DNA from: Perkinsela sp. CCAP 1560/9
Lineage: Eukaryota > Protista > Euglenozoa: Kinetoplastea
DNA: 64,000 nucleotides
NCBI GenBank assembly: GCA_965644495.1
Contig: CBFFSA010000016.1
Location: 1-64,000 of the forward strand
Reading direction: 5' to 3'
Below are positions 35,397 through 45,621 of this stretch, piece after piece (position 1 is the first letter of the stretch; the number at the start of each line of letters is the position of its first letter). The notes beneath the pieces were generated by a model. It had not been told where the DNA came from and did no database searches. It saw only the letters and a list, made by a program, of their open reading frames with translations. The translations under genes and the position numbers were made by a program.

Positions 35397-36680
35397 ATGG
35401 TACACAACCATCCTCCTCAACCCCCTTCAACCCTCTCGCGAACTGATCGAAGTTCTTCTCCCCTCCGATCACCTTCCTCACACGAGAAAGGCAAATCTGC
35501 CGACCAAACCCTTTCATCTATCACCCCACCCAACCACGGTAGCCTTCCGTTACCCCATTCCGGTAGCCAACCCCGTTCTCTTCTATCCCCATTTCGTCAT
35601 CAAGATAACCATCGTCTTCAACCCTCCTCGCACCCCCACCTTCCCAACCCGCCCGACCAACCCCTTTCTCCTCTGTCCCCATCTCATCAAGGTAAACGGT
35701 AGTGTTCAACCCTCTTCACGTGCCCAACTTCCCAACCCACCGGACCAACCCCGTACTCCTCTCTTCCCATCGCATCAAGGAAACCCCAACCTTCAGCCCC
35801 CTTCACACCCCCGACTTCCCAACCGCCCGTTCCGACCTTCTTCGTACCCCAGACTTCCCAACCCCCTTCTTTGCGGCCTTTCACACCACGGCCCCAACTC
35901 GACGCCTCACTCCCCACGTGAGTATGGTAAACTTCATGATCAACCCTTTTCTCACTCCCGACTTCCCAACCCTCCCGATCACCCCTCTTCCCATCCCCGT
36001 CTTCGAAACCCTCCCAACCCCTCCCCTTCCCACCCCCGTGTTTCCAACCCTTCCAATCACCCCTCTAACCACCCCCGACTTCCAAAGCCTCGCGGCCACC
36101 CCCCCTCCCACCCCCGACTTCCCAACCCTCCCAACCACTACCCTTCCATTAACTCCCCACCTGAGAATGCTAACCCTCCCCCACAACCCCCTGCGTCTCA
36201 CTCCCCACACCACACTAACCCTCCCCCACAACCCCCTGCGTCTCACTCCCCATATCACACTAACCTTCCCTCCCAACCCCCTGCGTCTCACTCCCCACCT
36301 GAGAATCATAATCCTCCCCCACAACCCCTTGCGTCTCACTCCCCACACCACACTAACCCTCCCCCACAACCCCTTGCGTCTCACTCCCCATATCACACTA
36401 ACCTTCCCTCCCAACCCCCTGCGTCTCACTCCCCATATCACACTAACCTTCCCTCCCAACCCCCTGCGTCTCACTCCCCATATCACACTAACCTTCCCTC
36501 CGAACCCCTTGCGTCTCACTCCCCACACCACACTAACCCTCCCCCCCCAACACCCTGCGTCTCACCCCCCACCTGAGAATCATAACCCTCCCCCACAACC
36601 CCTTGCGTCTCACTCCCCACACCACACTAACCCTCCCCCACAACCCCCTGCGTCTCACTCCCCACACCACACTAACCCAC
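35397..36680 (+). pseudogene. Relic of a Pro/His/Ser/Asn-rich repetitive protein (SHPRLPNPP then QPPASHSPHHTNPP repeats)
   Basis: Three ~88-bp diverged repeats (35568-35832), shorter HPRLPN units with synonymous Arg codon variation, then a 45/48-bp minisatellite. Confidence 0.5.
36150..36680. repeat. C-rich minisatellite, 45-bp unit (48-bp variant), about 11 copies
   Basis: Unit ccacaaccccctgcgtctcactccccacaccacactaaccctccc. Confidence 0.95.
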
Positions 36681-38045
36681 CGCATTCCTGATGGGTGCAC
36701 TTACACTATTCAAGTGCATGATGTTTTTATAATTCGTCAGTTCAAAAGATCTTACAAAGGGGTACTGAAGGATTTCCGGGCAAAGACAAGGTCACGGGAG
36801 AAGATAACCAGAGAGGTTACTATGGAGCTTGTGAAGAAGTCACACGACCCCTTTTGGAAAAAATACGATAAAACCATATTAGATGTGGCCAATCGGTATA
36901 TAATGGAACCCATGATCACGTACCCCTGGGAATGGAAACAATCAGGTGAGAACGGGCCTTCGAAACAAAACTATAGAAAGAGAAAAAGGGAAGCAAACAA
37001 AATAGCAAGAGCTGATAAGCTCCATGAATCTGTGGCCCAATCGAGCCCGATGGAAAGTGTCGAGACTATGCCAAAACAACACGTACACAACTCTGATGGT
37101 ATTACTTCATCACCAGTTGTGTGTACGTTACTAAGTGCAGATTCCGATGAGGGCTCATCGCAGCGGGAGTCCTCTCCGATAATTCTTTCGGATGACGCAA
37201 CTCAGGAGAAGGAGCTGCTGCGATCACAGCACAAATGGAAATCCTACCAACGGAGAGGTTCTTTTCTCCCTGGTAGCGTTGTAGACGACCTATGTTTGGC
37301 GGCCTACCGGAAATTCAAAGAAGCACATCCGGCCGAAGATGTTGTACGCTGGGGTATACATCACACATAAAATATCTGTGCGTACAAGAAATATCCCCAA
37401 AAGTATCGCATGCCACCCAAGTGTACGCGGTACTGCATTACGAATATCATTATATTCTCCTTCATATCAAGGCTCATATTTTGAATATTTATGACAGATT
37501 TTTTGAACATGCCTCAATAGCACGTCGGGCTAATGTCACAATTTTCCGAGACAGACTTATTTCTCACTTAGAAATAAGCACAAAGGACCCTTACTTGATG
37601 TATTTCGCCAAATGCCTTCAGCAAATGCCTGGCGAAAAATATAATATAATGTAATAAATAACTTATGTTGTTCTCTATTTGGTGTCGAAAAAGAGTATAT
37701 TAGCAGATCAACACTATGCAAAAATTGGTCTCCACACCTTGACTAGACAATAATTTTTATCAAATTCATAAAATCTACCACTCCTGATGTGAGTGCGTAA
37801 TGGGGAAATATGGTCGGGACCCCCTCGTGGTCTTCCCTGGCACTGCTATCTTATCGATCATACAGACGCCGACCTTCATTAGACAAAAATAGAGAACAAA
37901 AATATAGACAAAAAAGAACAGGCCATATTGAAATTTCATGAAAAAATGCTGACCCCCCCACTTAAGAGTCCGGAAAATTGTGACCCCCCCACTTAAGAGT
38001 CCAAATGTCCAAAATCGGCGGACTCTTAAGTAGGGGGGGGGACAG
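36681..38045 (+). mobile_element. Right half of a pogo/Tigger-like element: DDE_1 C-terminus, acidic linker, Ulp1-like protease remnant, right TIR
   Basis: IPDGCTYTIQVHDVFIIRQFKRSY matches the pogo motif IPxxxTxxLQPLDVxxxxxFKxxY; then FLPGSVVD, YHYILLHI, IYD, CLQQMPG; terminus ggactcttaagtagggggggggacag|ta with two subterminal inverted copies (tgacccccccacttaagagtcc). Confidence 0.65.
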
Positions 38046-38650
38046 TAACTAACGCTCTACCCTCGATTAGAGAAAAAAATCAACTAAAACAGTGAAAATA
38101 TAAAGTGGAACACAGTAATATAATAGAAGAAAATATATAGAAGGGGGCTCCGGTGGTCCAAAACTGAAAAAAATTCAAAACATGGGGGGTCCATGGCGGG
38201 GGTCCAGGTGTGGGGGTCCAGGGGTGGGACAGACGTCGCGAATTTTTTGTCGAATTTTTTGCTTTTCAAAATCGAGCGCAGGGAAGTCGTAGAGTATGCC
38301 GCGGCGATATTTTTCCAGCCCCCCACCTGGGGTGACCCCCCCTGGTACGCGCAGGAGGGGTCCGACACGGTCAGAATTTCCGAAATTTTTGGGCTGACCA
38401 AAAAAAATCTTTTTTTGACCCAGAAAAAAGTAAAAATATTATTTTTCCAAAATCGACTCCTAAAACGTATTTTAAGAGTTTTGGACCTCAGCTACCATTC
38501 TACGACATTTTTTTCGTCAGATTCGCCTCCTAACCGTATTGGTAAGGCATCAAAAACGGCCCAAATTTGGGTTAAAATTTCGCAATTTGCGCATACAAAT
38601 CGGGCTATTACACCCAAAAAAAAAAATTGCTTTTGCATGATGTTTTGGTG
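38046..38650. mobile_element. Non-coding DNA-transposon left portion; TIR taactaacgctctaccctcgatta
   Basis: Inverted match to 45127-45150. Internal motifs (gggggtccatgg, cccctggta, ggtccga) recur at 40080-40250 and 44810-44930. Confidence 0.6.
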
Positions 38651-38660
38651 ATTTTTTTTA

Positions 38661-38755
38661 GTCGCTTCGTTAAACGCGGAGGTAGTTTTCAACGCGAAGC
38701 GCGCAGCATGAGTGACTTCTAAGTTGAAAACAACCACTGCGTTTAACGAAGCGAC
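38661..38755. mobile_element. 95-bp fold-back MITE, 33-bp arms, TA TSD
   Basis: ta|gtcgcttcgttaaacgcggaggtagttttcaac ... gttgaaaacaaccactgcgtttaacgaagcgac|ta (3 mismatches). Confidence 0.85.
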
Positions 38756-38776
38756 TAAAAAAGAAAATCAAGTGTA

Positions 38777-39125
38777 AAGATATTTGATGCAAATGATAGA
38801 CGTCAAAAGATGTGGGTTGCCCCAGGAGAAAAGGCCGTCCCCACGCAGAAAATGCGTTGGGCGACCAAATTTCACGTGTGGGGAGCCATTGGAGTTGAAT
38901 GGCGTTATTTTGAAGTACTACTATCCAACAGTTCAGTCACAAGTGAAACTTGTGTAGAAACGTTCCCTGTGTAGAAAGTAATGTTCCCTTTCCCCGAAAA
39001 TTTATCTTTCAGCAAGATAGGGCGGGGCACACACGACGAAAAGTACGAAAACCTATTTCTTTACTTCAAAAGTAAAATACATAACAAAATGGCCGGCAAA
39101 TTCTCCTGACCTTAATTCCATTGAG
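38777..39125 (+). pseudogene. Second Tc1-like transposase fragment (not in the ORF track)
   Basis: KIFDAND..MWV..KFHVWGAIG..FIFQQD..HT..WPANSPDLNSIE across frameshifts; D-to-E spacing is 35 after repairing one 1-bp deletion. Confidence 0.85.
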
Positions 39126-39503
39126 GTTGTAGATTTGAGGAGGTTGTATTGAGGAGGACCTTAATTGTATTGATGAAATGAATCCGTTTTGTACTACTTC
39201 TCCAATTAAGTGCGTAAAAAAGCTTTTAATCATGCGAGATCACGCGAGATCTCTCTAGAGCTGATTTGGCTCGGGAGGGTGGTTGGACGACCTCGAAACG
39301 AGATCACGCGAGATCATGCCCACAGCCCCTCTAATGTATTTATACGTATGGTAAACGGCTTTAGCGGCGTTCAAAGTGGTATTTCAACTCTTTTACACTC
39401 AACTTTACACTTACTATCCCCCCTATTTAGTGTTTAGATTCTTATTTAGATTCCTTCTAGATACCCTCGAGAAAACTTTGCTCTCTAGATGTCATCACTT
39501 ACT

Positions 39504-39710
39504 TGAGGGGCTGCGGGTGGCGATGTTTCACGAGGCTTCGCGAAGCTTGATAAGGGATTTATCATGTTCTCAACGTTTCGCGAGGTTTCACCGAGGTTTC
39601 GCGAAGTTTCATCGACGTTCCGAAAGGTGTCATCGAGGTTTCTTGAGGCTGCATCTGGGATTCACCAAAGTTTGGGAGAGGTTTCTCGAGGTTTTACCCA
39701 CAGCCCCTCA
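39504..39710. mobile_element. ~207-bp MITE with 15-bp TIRs and internal 10-11-bp repeats
   Basis: tgaggggctgcgggt ... acccacagcccctca (14/15); gaggtttc-like units inside; a second cccacagcccct end at 39319-39330. Confidence 0.7.
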
Positions 39711-40457
39711 CGTGAAGATCTTTTATCAGGATGGACACAACATTGACCAAGGGCGTTTAACCCGAAGCAGTTTCGCAGCCAACACACTGTTTTTTCTGCC
39801 TTTAACGGCGAAATTGAGGAATGGCAGCAAATAAGCCAAAGTAGTACACGTTGCAGAGAACATTTGGGAAGTGAAAAAGGTTCGAAATATAGAGAGTACA
39901 TTTCCAAGGAAGTTCGAATTCCCATTCAAATTATTTCTCCTGCATATTTCCTTCAAAAAAATCAATTCGAAAAATATTGAAAAATTTCACTTTCAACCTA
40001 TATTTATACTGCATATTACCCAAAAGGGGCTTCGGAGGTTTAAAATAGAATGAATTTTTTTTGAAAAAATCAGATAAATTGGGAGTCTACGGGGGTCCAT
40101 GGGGGCACACGTGAGTAATCTTTTTTCTTTTCGAAATGAACCCGCAGAAGGGGTAGCCGGGGTCTTGGCGCCCGGCTTACCTTACCCCCCTGGTAGTATC
40201 TGCAGGATGACTCCGCCAAATTCGGATCTTTTCAAAAAAAAATCAGGCCTCTCTTCAATTAGAATTATGGATAGACCATGGAATCATCCTGTGAAAAACT
40301 TTGAAAAACAAGTTTTTCTCTCTTCCTTACCGTCTTCGCTTATCCCTTACTCTCCGCTTAGCTTATACTCTCCGCGTATATCCTTCTCCCCGCTTCGCCT
40401 TCTTTCTGTCTCTCCGCCTCCCCGTGGGGAAGGAGGAAGAAAGACACAGACGTGGAT

Positions 40458-42455
40458 TTACATGAGGGATCTCATCACTTCCATAATGGCATTTTGATCA
40501 ATTTCTATGCCTCCAACGAAGCGAGAAGCGTTTCGCTTTCGTGCCTTTTTTTGATTTTCTATTATCTTCATTTTTCTAGTTGGATCGCCAGCGTGGCATT
40601 TGCGAGCAGCATCTTTTTTTATGCCCGAAATTGTTTCTCTCGCCACTATTTTCTCCCCCATTTTCGCTACGATTGGAATATCAAGAGTACTACGCGGAAG
40701 ATAGTTTTTTAAAGCACAACAAATACGTCGACTCATTGTCAAGGCGTCTACTTTTTCGCATAATAGTGATAAAGCGCCTACGACAACCTTGTTTACGCAA
40801 ATATCAACTTTTACGAGATTGCATTCCTCGTAAAAGGGTTCATCATATTCAACACTCCCATACCCACTCGTTAATTTCTTCAAGCGGTCATGCACACCGC
40901 GGCAAAACGCCGCAAGCGGTAAGCGAAACGTAAGCGAAAGTCGATTACCGCTAAAATTTTGTGAATTTACCTGTTCACCACGAAACGCTTTCAATAGAGT
41001 AATTACATCAGAGACGTGCCGTCTTTCAAGCACCACGACTGCGTGTACGAGAGGTTGTAGAAAACATTCTGCCTGATTGGACAAAGAATGAAAGTTATGT
41101 GCTGTCACTTTCTGATTTGTTCCATCACGCATACGGCACAAATATTGTATGACAGCGGGAGTAATGAGCACAGTTTCATCATACTCCTGCTCCAGACGTT
41201 CTTTAAAAATTTTCATATGAAGCAGTCCAAGAAAACCTAATTGCCATCCCTGACCCAAGGCATTACATTGAACTGGTGTCAAAGTGACACTGGGATCATT
41301 GCTGGTAAGTTTATAAAGTGCATGCTGTAAACGAACTCGTTCGGTACTCTGATCAGGAAAAAGTCCAGAAAATACAACCGGACAAGCAGATTTAAATTTC
41401 ACAACAGGTGTTGCGTGGTGATTTAGAGCAGTTAGAGTTTCTCCGATACGAGGTCCCTTGTGTCCCAAATTGTTTATCACAAAGAGTAAGTAACCAACCT
41501 GGCCACACCTTAATTGTGTAGTGCGTACTGGCTCGGGGTACATGATACCTACCTCAATGACGTCAAGAGCGACTTCACTCGTTAAACACTTTATTCTTTT
41601 TTTCGGTTCGACTGTACCGTCCGCTACGCGGATAAGGCAACGTACGGTTGAAGAGCTCGGATCTGGCCATACATCAAAAATAACAGCTCGAAATGGGGAA
41701 GTAAGATCTCCAGAGGGAGCAGGAAACCTTCTAATTATTTCTTTTAGTAAGTGTTCAACCCCCTTCTCCTTTCTAGCCGAAGTTAGCAAAATTTCAGATC
41801 GAAATACCCCCATGGCGTTCTCGATTTCGTCTTGCGCCTTTCCTACATCTTCGCACAGTAATACAGAATCTAATTTGGAAAGTGTTGGTATAATTTCTAC
41901 CCCTCTATCTAACGCAGCGTGATAATTCGCCATGGTTTGCGCCTGAATGCCTTGATTCGCATCAATCAATAAAACTGCTCCTTCGCATACCGCTAGTGAG
42001 CGTGTGACTTCATAACTAAAATCCGCATGCCCGGGAGTGTCGATAAGGTTGAGCATAAAACTAGCATCACCGTCTTGTACAAAAAACGTACACGTTTGTG
42101 CTTTTATTGTGATGCCGCGCGCCTTTTCAACTTCCAGTTTATCTAAATAACACCCCACATCGCCAGTTCGTTGTAAAACACCGGTTCTTCGCAAAATGGC
42201 ATCCGAAAGTGTTGTTTTTCCATGATCAACATGCGCAAGAATACAAAAATTGCGGATGCGGGGTGGCGGAAATGTCGATATTGCTATCGTTTGGCGTGGT
42301 ACACCATCTGTGTTTCGCTCCGGAATCATCGGAGAAGCAATGCCCATATAATCTAAGGATGGTATGATCGAACTACAGCAACACCGGTAGTTTTGTCGAA
42401 GGAGCTTCCATGATGATTGCCGAAAAGATGCTCCCTGAAGCGAAGCTGTCCACAT
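40458..42455 (-). CDS. GUF1: Mitochondrial translation factor GUF1/LepA (EF4)
   Basis: IRNFCILAHVDHGKTTL, RGITIKAQ, DTPGHADF, GFLGLLHM, LTSGYGS, ARETI..KCHAGDPTRK; N-terminal presequence-like extension. Confidence 0.96.
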   Translation of the reverse strand: MWTASLQGASFRQSSWKLLRQNYRCCCSSIIPSLDYMGIASPMIPERNTDGVPRQTIAISTFPPPRIRNFCILAHVDHGKTTLSDAILRRTGVLQRTGDVGCYLDKLEVEKARGITIKAQTCTFFVQDGDASFMLNLIDTPGHADFSYEVTRSLAVCEGAVLLIDANQGIQAQTMANYHAALDRGVEIIPTLSKLDSVLLCEDVGKAQDEIENAMGVFRSEILLTSARKEKGVEHLLKEIIRRFPAPSGDLTSPFRAVIFDVWPDPSSSTVRCLIRVADGTVEPKKRIKCLTSEVALDVIEVGIMYPEPVRTTQLRCGQVGYLLFVINNLGHKGPRIGETLTALNHHATPVVKFKSACPVVFSGLFPDQSTERVRLQHALYKLTSNDPSVTLTPVQCNALGQGWQLGFLGLLHMKIFKERLEQEYDETVLITPAVIQYLCRMRDGTNQKVTAHNFHSLSNQAECFLQPLVHAVVVLERRHVSDVITLLKAFRGEQVNSQNFSGNRLSLTFRLPLAAFCRGVHDRLKKLTSGYGSVEYDEPFYEECNLVKVDICVNKVVVGALSLLCEKVDALTMSRRICCALKNYLPRSTLDIPIVAKMGEKIVARETISGIKKDAARKCHAGDPTRKMKIIENQKKARKRNASRFVGGIEIDQNAIMEVMRSLM

Positions 42456-42843
42456 TAAGGAACTCTTTCTTTTTGCAGATTGTTTCTTTTTGCAGATTTG
42501 TTTTTACTTTTCCGATTGAATTTTTCACTACACGTGCTCACGCATATCGTTATAAAACTTTTGATACAAGAGTATCGTTCAACTAAAATATAATTAAGCG
42601 GGGTTGCAGGACCGCATATGCTACTTACAGATATGTTACACTTAGCTTGTTATTACAGGTATGTATCTTGTGTGGCCGCCTACTTTAAAAGTTTTACCCG
42701 GTTTATTCGACCGGTTGAAGATGAATTTATTCGAATACAGAATTCGAAGGGTAGCATGAAGAGAAAAACTATTTCACCCGAATAGTCATTGCTTCGCCGA
42801 AGGGGGCATACAATTAGGAAAAGTCAGTCATGTGCTCAGAATT

Positions 42844-44598
42844 TTATGAAATTGCTAAATTATCCAATTGGTGAAGAAACGTCCGAGAAGTGTGAAGTTG
42901 CGTACCACCAAGATAAATTTCGTGATCAAGCTTATTTCTAAGTTCATTTAAGCATTTCATTTCTGAAACAGTAATGCCGCCAACCACAAATATGTACAAC
43001 CGTTGCAACGATTTAGCTTCTTTGTGTGTGAAGTTGTCCCGTTCTTGTATGAATCCTGCATCACCTCTACGAACGTTGTGCACATCTTCTAAACCTTGAC
43101 ATGTGGTTCTCGAAAGGATATCATTTTCTAGAATAGATACACTCGGATACTCAGATTGTGACAAAGTATTGCTCGCTAATTTCTCAACAATGTCGTTTAT
43201 GGCAGGCTGGGCTCTTGAGATAGATTTTCGTTGTATAAAAAGTTCCTGAATAGAATCCTGCTTCTTACTGTACAAAACTGATTTACGTTTCTCCAGAGGA
43301 AATACATGTCCCATATTTTTAATCAAATGTAATGCAGAAGATCCCAGATGGCCAATTTTGACAAATTTCACAAGCTTGGAATGTTCGATGCCATGAACAG
43401 TTGTATATAATAGGATAAGTCGCAACTTTAATTCTGAAGAAACATTCTCGAGACGAAGAATTTTTTTCATTTGTTCTTCCTGCCTGCCGAGGGCCACTTT
43501 GTTTCCCGACTCATCAATCCCTGTCCCCAACATCTGCTGCAAAGCAATGACGTCTTCTAATGGACCTTCTTTAAGAATAGAGCTCAATTTTTGAAGCAAA
43601 TCAATATGCAAAGATATCTGATCGCTCCTTTGTCTTAGTTCTGGCAGAGTATATATGGCATTATTGTGTACTCTGCCTTCATGCGGACTTGTTTCAATCT
43701 TATCCAGCGCATCTGCTTGTTCTCGCAGTGCGATAAATTCTCGGTGAACGTATTGAATTGCTTGCGCAATGTGCATATATCGAACTTTTGTCCATATAGC
43801 ATCATTCTCATCCAGTATCATAGATTTTTGTTTGAAGGTACCATCTCTTCCTTCCAAATTGGTTGTGTACATAAGATCAGAACGAGGCATAAGATCGTAA
43901 AGCAGAGAGGCATATGACATATCGTGCATTAATGGAGTACAAATATCATGCGTGCGGTCTAATACCAAAAAAATGTCAGAAGCGGAACCCGAACTTATAG
44001 ATGTGGAAGCCGGAAGTATCTGATGGAGACAACTCGCAAAAAGCTCAGCATTCGACGATTTCTGGTGGCGAATTTGGGGTCGACTTTTCATCAACTCCAA
44101 AATAGATAAAAGTCTCTCTGCTACGCATCGTGCTGTTTTCCAGTTGTCTGTTAGGAAACATTTTTCAATGTCACTTTGAATGTCAAGATCAAAAACACAT
44201 GGATCCCGAAAACGAAGGTAGCACCCAAACTCTCTCTTTGATGCAATGTGTTCATCAAGCGGCGTCGACTTAAGCGCAGTATGAACCTCAGCGCTAGGGC
44301 GCCCGAGAAATATAAAATGTGCCTTCGCATACATTTTCTTACCAGCAGACCAATCAGCAAGACATCGGGTGACATTTTCCATTACAGGCTCGATAAAATA
44401 GACCACCGGGTATTCAGTTAATGGTTGTCGCACCTTTTGTAAATTTTCAACTAACACAATTCGATACGATAAAAGTGCCGACATAGTAAACATATTTCCT
44501 AACAACCGGCTGCTTTTTTCGTCAAGAACCATAACAATCCATTCACCCTCAAGCTCCTGCAAGTAACTTTCGAAATTTTTTCGAAAGCACGACAGCAT
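42844..44598 (-). CDS. Sec1/Munc18 (SM) family vesicle-fusion protein
   Basis: WIVMVLD, LVENLQKVRQP, YFIEP, LVLDRTHDICTPLMHDMSY, LDENDAIW, IFVVGGITVSE. Start set at ATG 44598; the ORF-track extension runs through TE-like DNA. Confidence 0.92.
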   Translation of the reverse strand: MLSCFRKNFESYLQELEGEWIVMVLDEKSSRLLGNMFTMSALLSYRIVLVENLQKVRQPLTEYPVVYFIEPVMENVTRCLADWSAGKKMYAKAHFIFLGRPSAEVHTALKSTPLDEHIASKREFGCYLRFRDPCVFDLDIQSDIEKCFLTDNWKTARCVAERLLSILELMKSRPQIRHQKSSNAELFASCLHQILPASTSISSGSASDIFLVLDRTHDICTPLMHDMSYASLLYDLMPRSDLMYTTNLEGRDGTFKQKSMILDENDAIWTKVRYMHIAQAIQYVHREFIALREQADALDKIETSPHEGRVHNNAIYTLPELRQRSDQISLHIDLLQKLSSILKEGPLEDVIALQQMLGTGIDESGNKVALGRQEEQMKKILRLENVSSELKLRLILLYTTVHGIEHSKLVKFVKIGHLGSSALHLIKNMGHVFPLEKRKSVLYSKKQDSIQELFIQRKSISRAQPAINDIVEKLASNTLSQSEYPSVSILENDILSRTTCQGLEDVHNVRRGDAGFIQERDNFTHKEAKSLQRLYIFVVGGITVSEMKCLNELRNKLDHEIYLGGTQLHTSRTFLHQLDNLAIS

Positions 44599-44799
44599 GA
44601 AAAACAGAGAAATTCGAAAAAAAAAGTACAGGTGAACAGTTTTTCCAATAGGGTCGATACGATTACTTGTCTGGTCAAAGGGTGATTTAAATAATAATAT
44701 TTGAATGGATGAAAGGTTTGGAGACATACAACGCGGGGCATGCTCTAGAGGGTGTGAACGTATCATATGGACTACCCGTAAAATGTTTGGATAAGATAC

Positions 44800-45155
44800 A
44801 AACAGCTTACTGGGAACTCTACGTACGTCCACGGACAGAAGTGTGCCCCCTGCCAAACAAATGACATTTTTTCCCCGGTTTTGCTCCTTTGAGAGATCTC
44901 CCCTGGTACCCCCTGGGTCCGAAAAACATAGTTTCGCTGTCTCATTTTTTGGAACCCTTTTCTCCCTCTGTTTATCTGTCACTAAATCGGAGCTTTGCGG
45001 ATGAATAATGCGCATGAATAAGAGTCCTAAACGTAATGGGCAAATAATGCGACTGAGCACATCGTTTGTAAGATAAAGGGGGATACTGTGTTTCTGTCTT
45101 TTCACCATTTTTCATTCGGTTTCCAATAATCGAGGGTAGAGCGGTAGTTACCACC
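44800..45155. mobile_element. Non-coding transposon right portion ending in TIR taatcgagggtagagcggtagttac(cacc|ttaa); left boundary approximate
   Basis: 24/25 inverted identity to 38045-38069; shares internal motifs with 38130-38400. Confidence 0.6.
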
Positions 45156-45210
45156 TTAATAAAATGTAGTATATTGAAAAACCGCATTTAACATTTCGAA
45201 AAAATGAGTA

Positions 45211-45518
45211 CTATCCCCGCCTATTTAATAGGTCTACGTGTCACCCCCCCTTTAATAGGGCTATTTTGTCTGGAAGGCCAAAAAAAATTTCAAGGAAAGT
45301 GCCAAAAAATTGTCGAATGCGCCGCGAAGCGGAGGATTTTTTTTCCCGTATCTACCCCAACAACCGAAAGTGTATCAAAAGGGGGTTGTTTCACAACGAT
45401 AAAAAAGGCGCCGCGAAGCGGCGCTAATTTATTAATTTCATATTATTTTCCATGTCCCCCCCCTTTATTAGGGCCTTTTGCCCAAAATCGGAGTCCTATT
45501 AAATAGGGGGGGGGATAG
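45211..45518. mobile_element. 308-bp pogo-like MITE, TA TSD
   Basis: ta|ctatccccgcctatttaatagg ... cctattaaataggggggggatag|ta; internal C-run boxes and gcgccgcgaagcgg motifs. Confidence 0.85.
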
Positions 45519-45621
45519 TAATAATCTTTTCACGCACATTCTTAAATTTTCGAAAAATGACATCATCTATATCTAAAAGAATTCTGAAGTTTAGTGAAAA
45601 TAAATTCCTTAGCATCCATAA

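Noticed and set aside
36150-36680. Possible CRISPR or telomeric array
   Set aside because: No unique spacers and no cas genes; ctaaccc occurs only once per 45-bp unit, so it is a minisatellite.
35702-36691. ORF-track proteins 35702..36691 (+) and 35881..36531 (-)
   Set aside because: Open because of low complexity; synonymous variation favours a different + frame.
38047-38056. AACTAACGCT, identical to the first 10 nt of the kinetoplastid spliced leader
   Set aside because: The match stops at 10 nt and the sequence is explained as part of the TIR paired with 45127-45151.
39757-40043. Possible piggyBac-like pair ttaa|cccgaagc ... gcttcggaggt|ttaa
   Set aside because: The match is short and gapped; not enough to call.
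44599-45108. 170-aa N-terminal extension of Sec1
   Set aside because: Runs through TE-like non-coding DNA; SM homology starts at ATG 44598.
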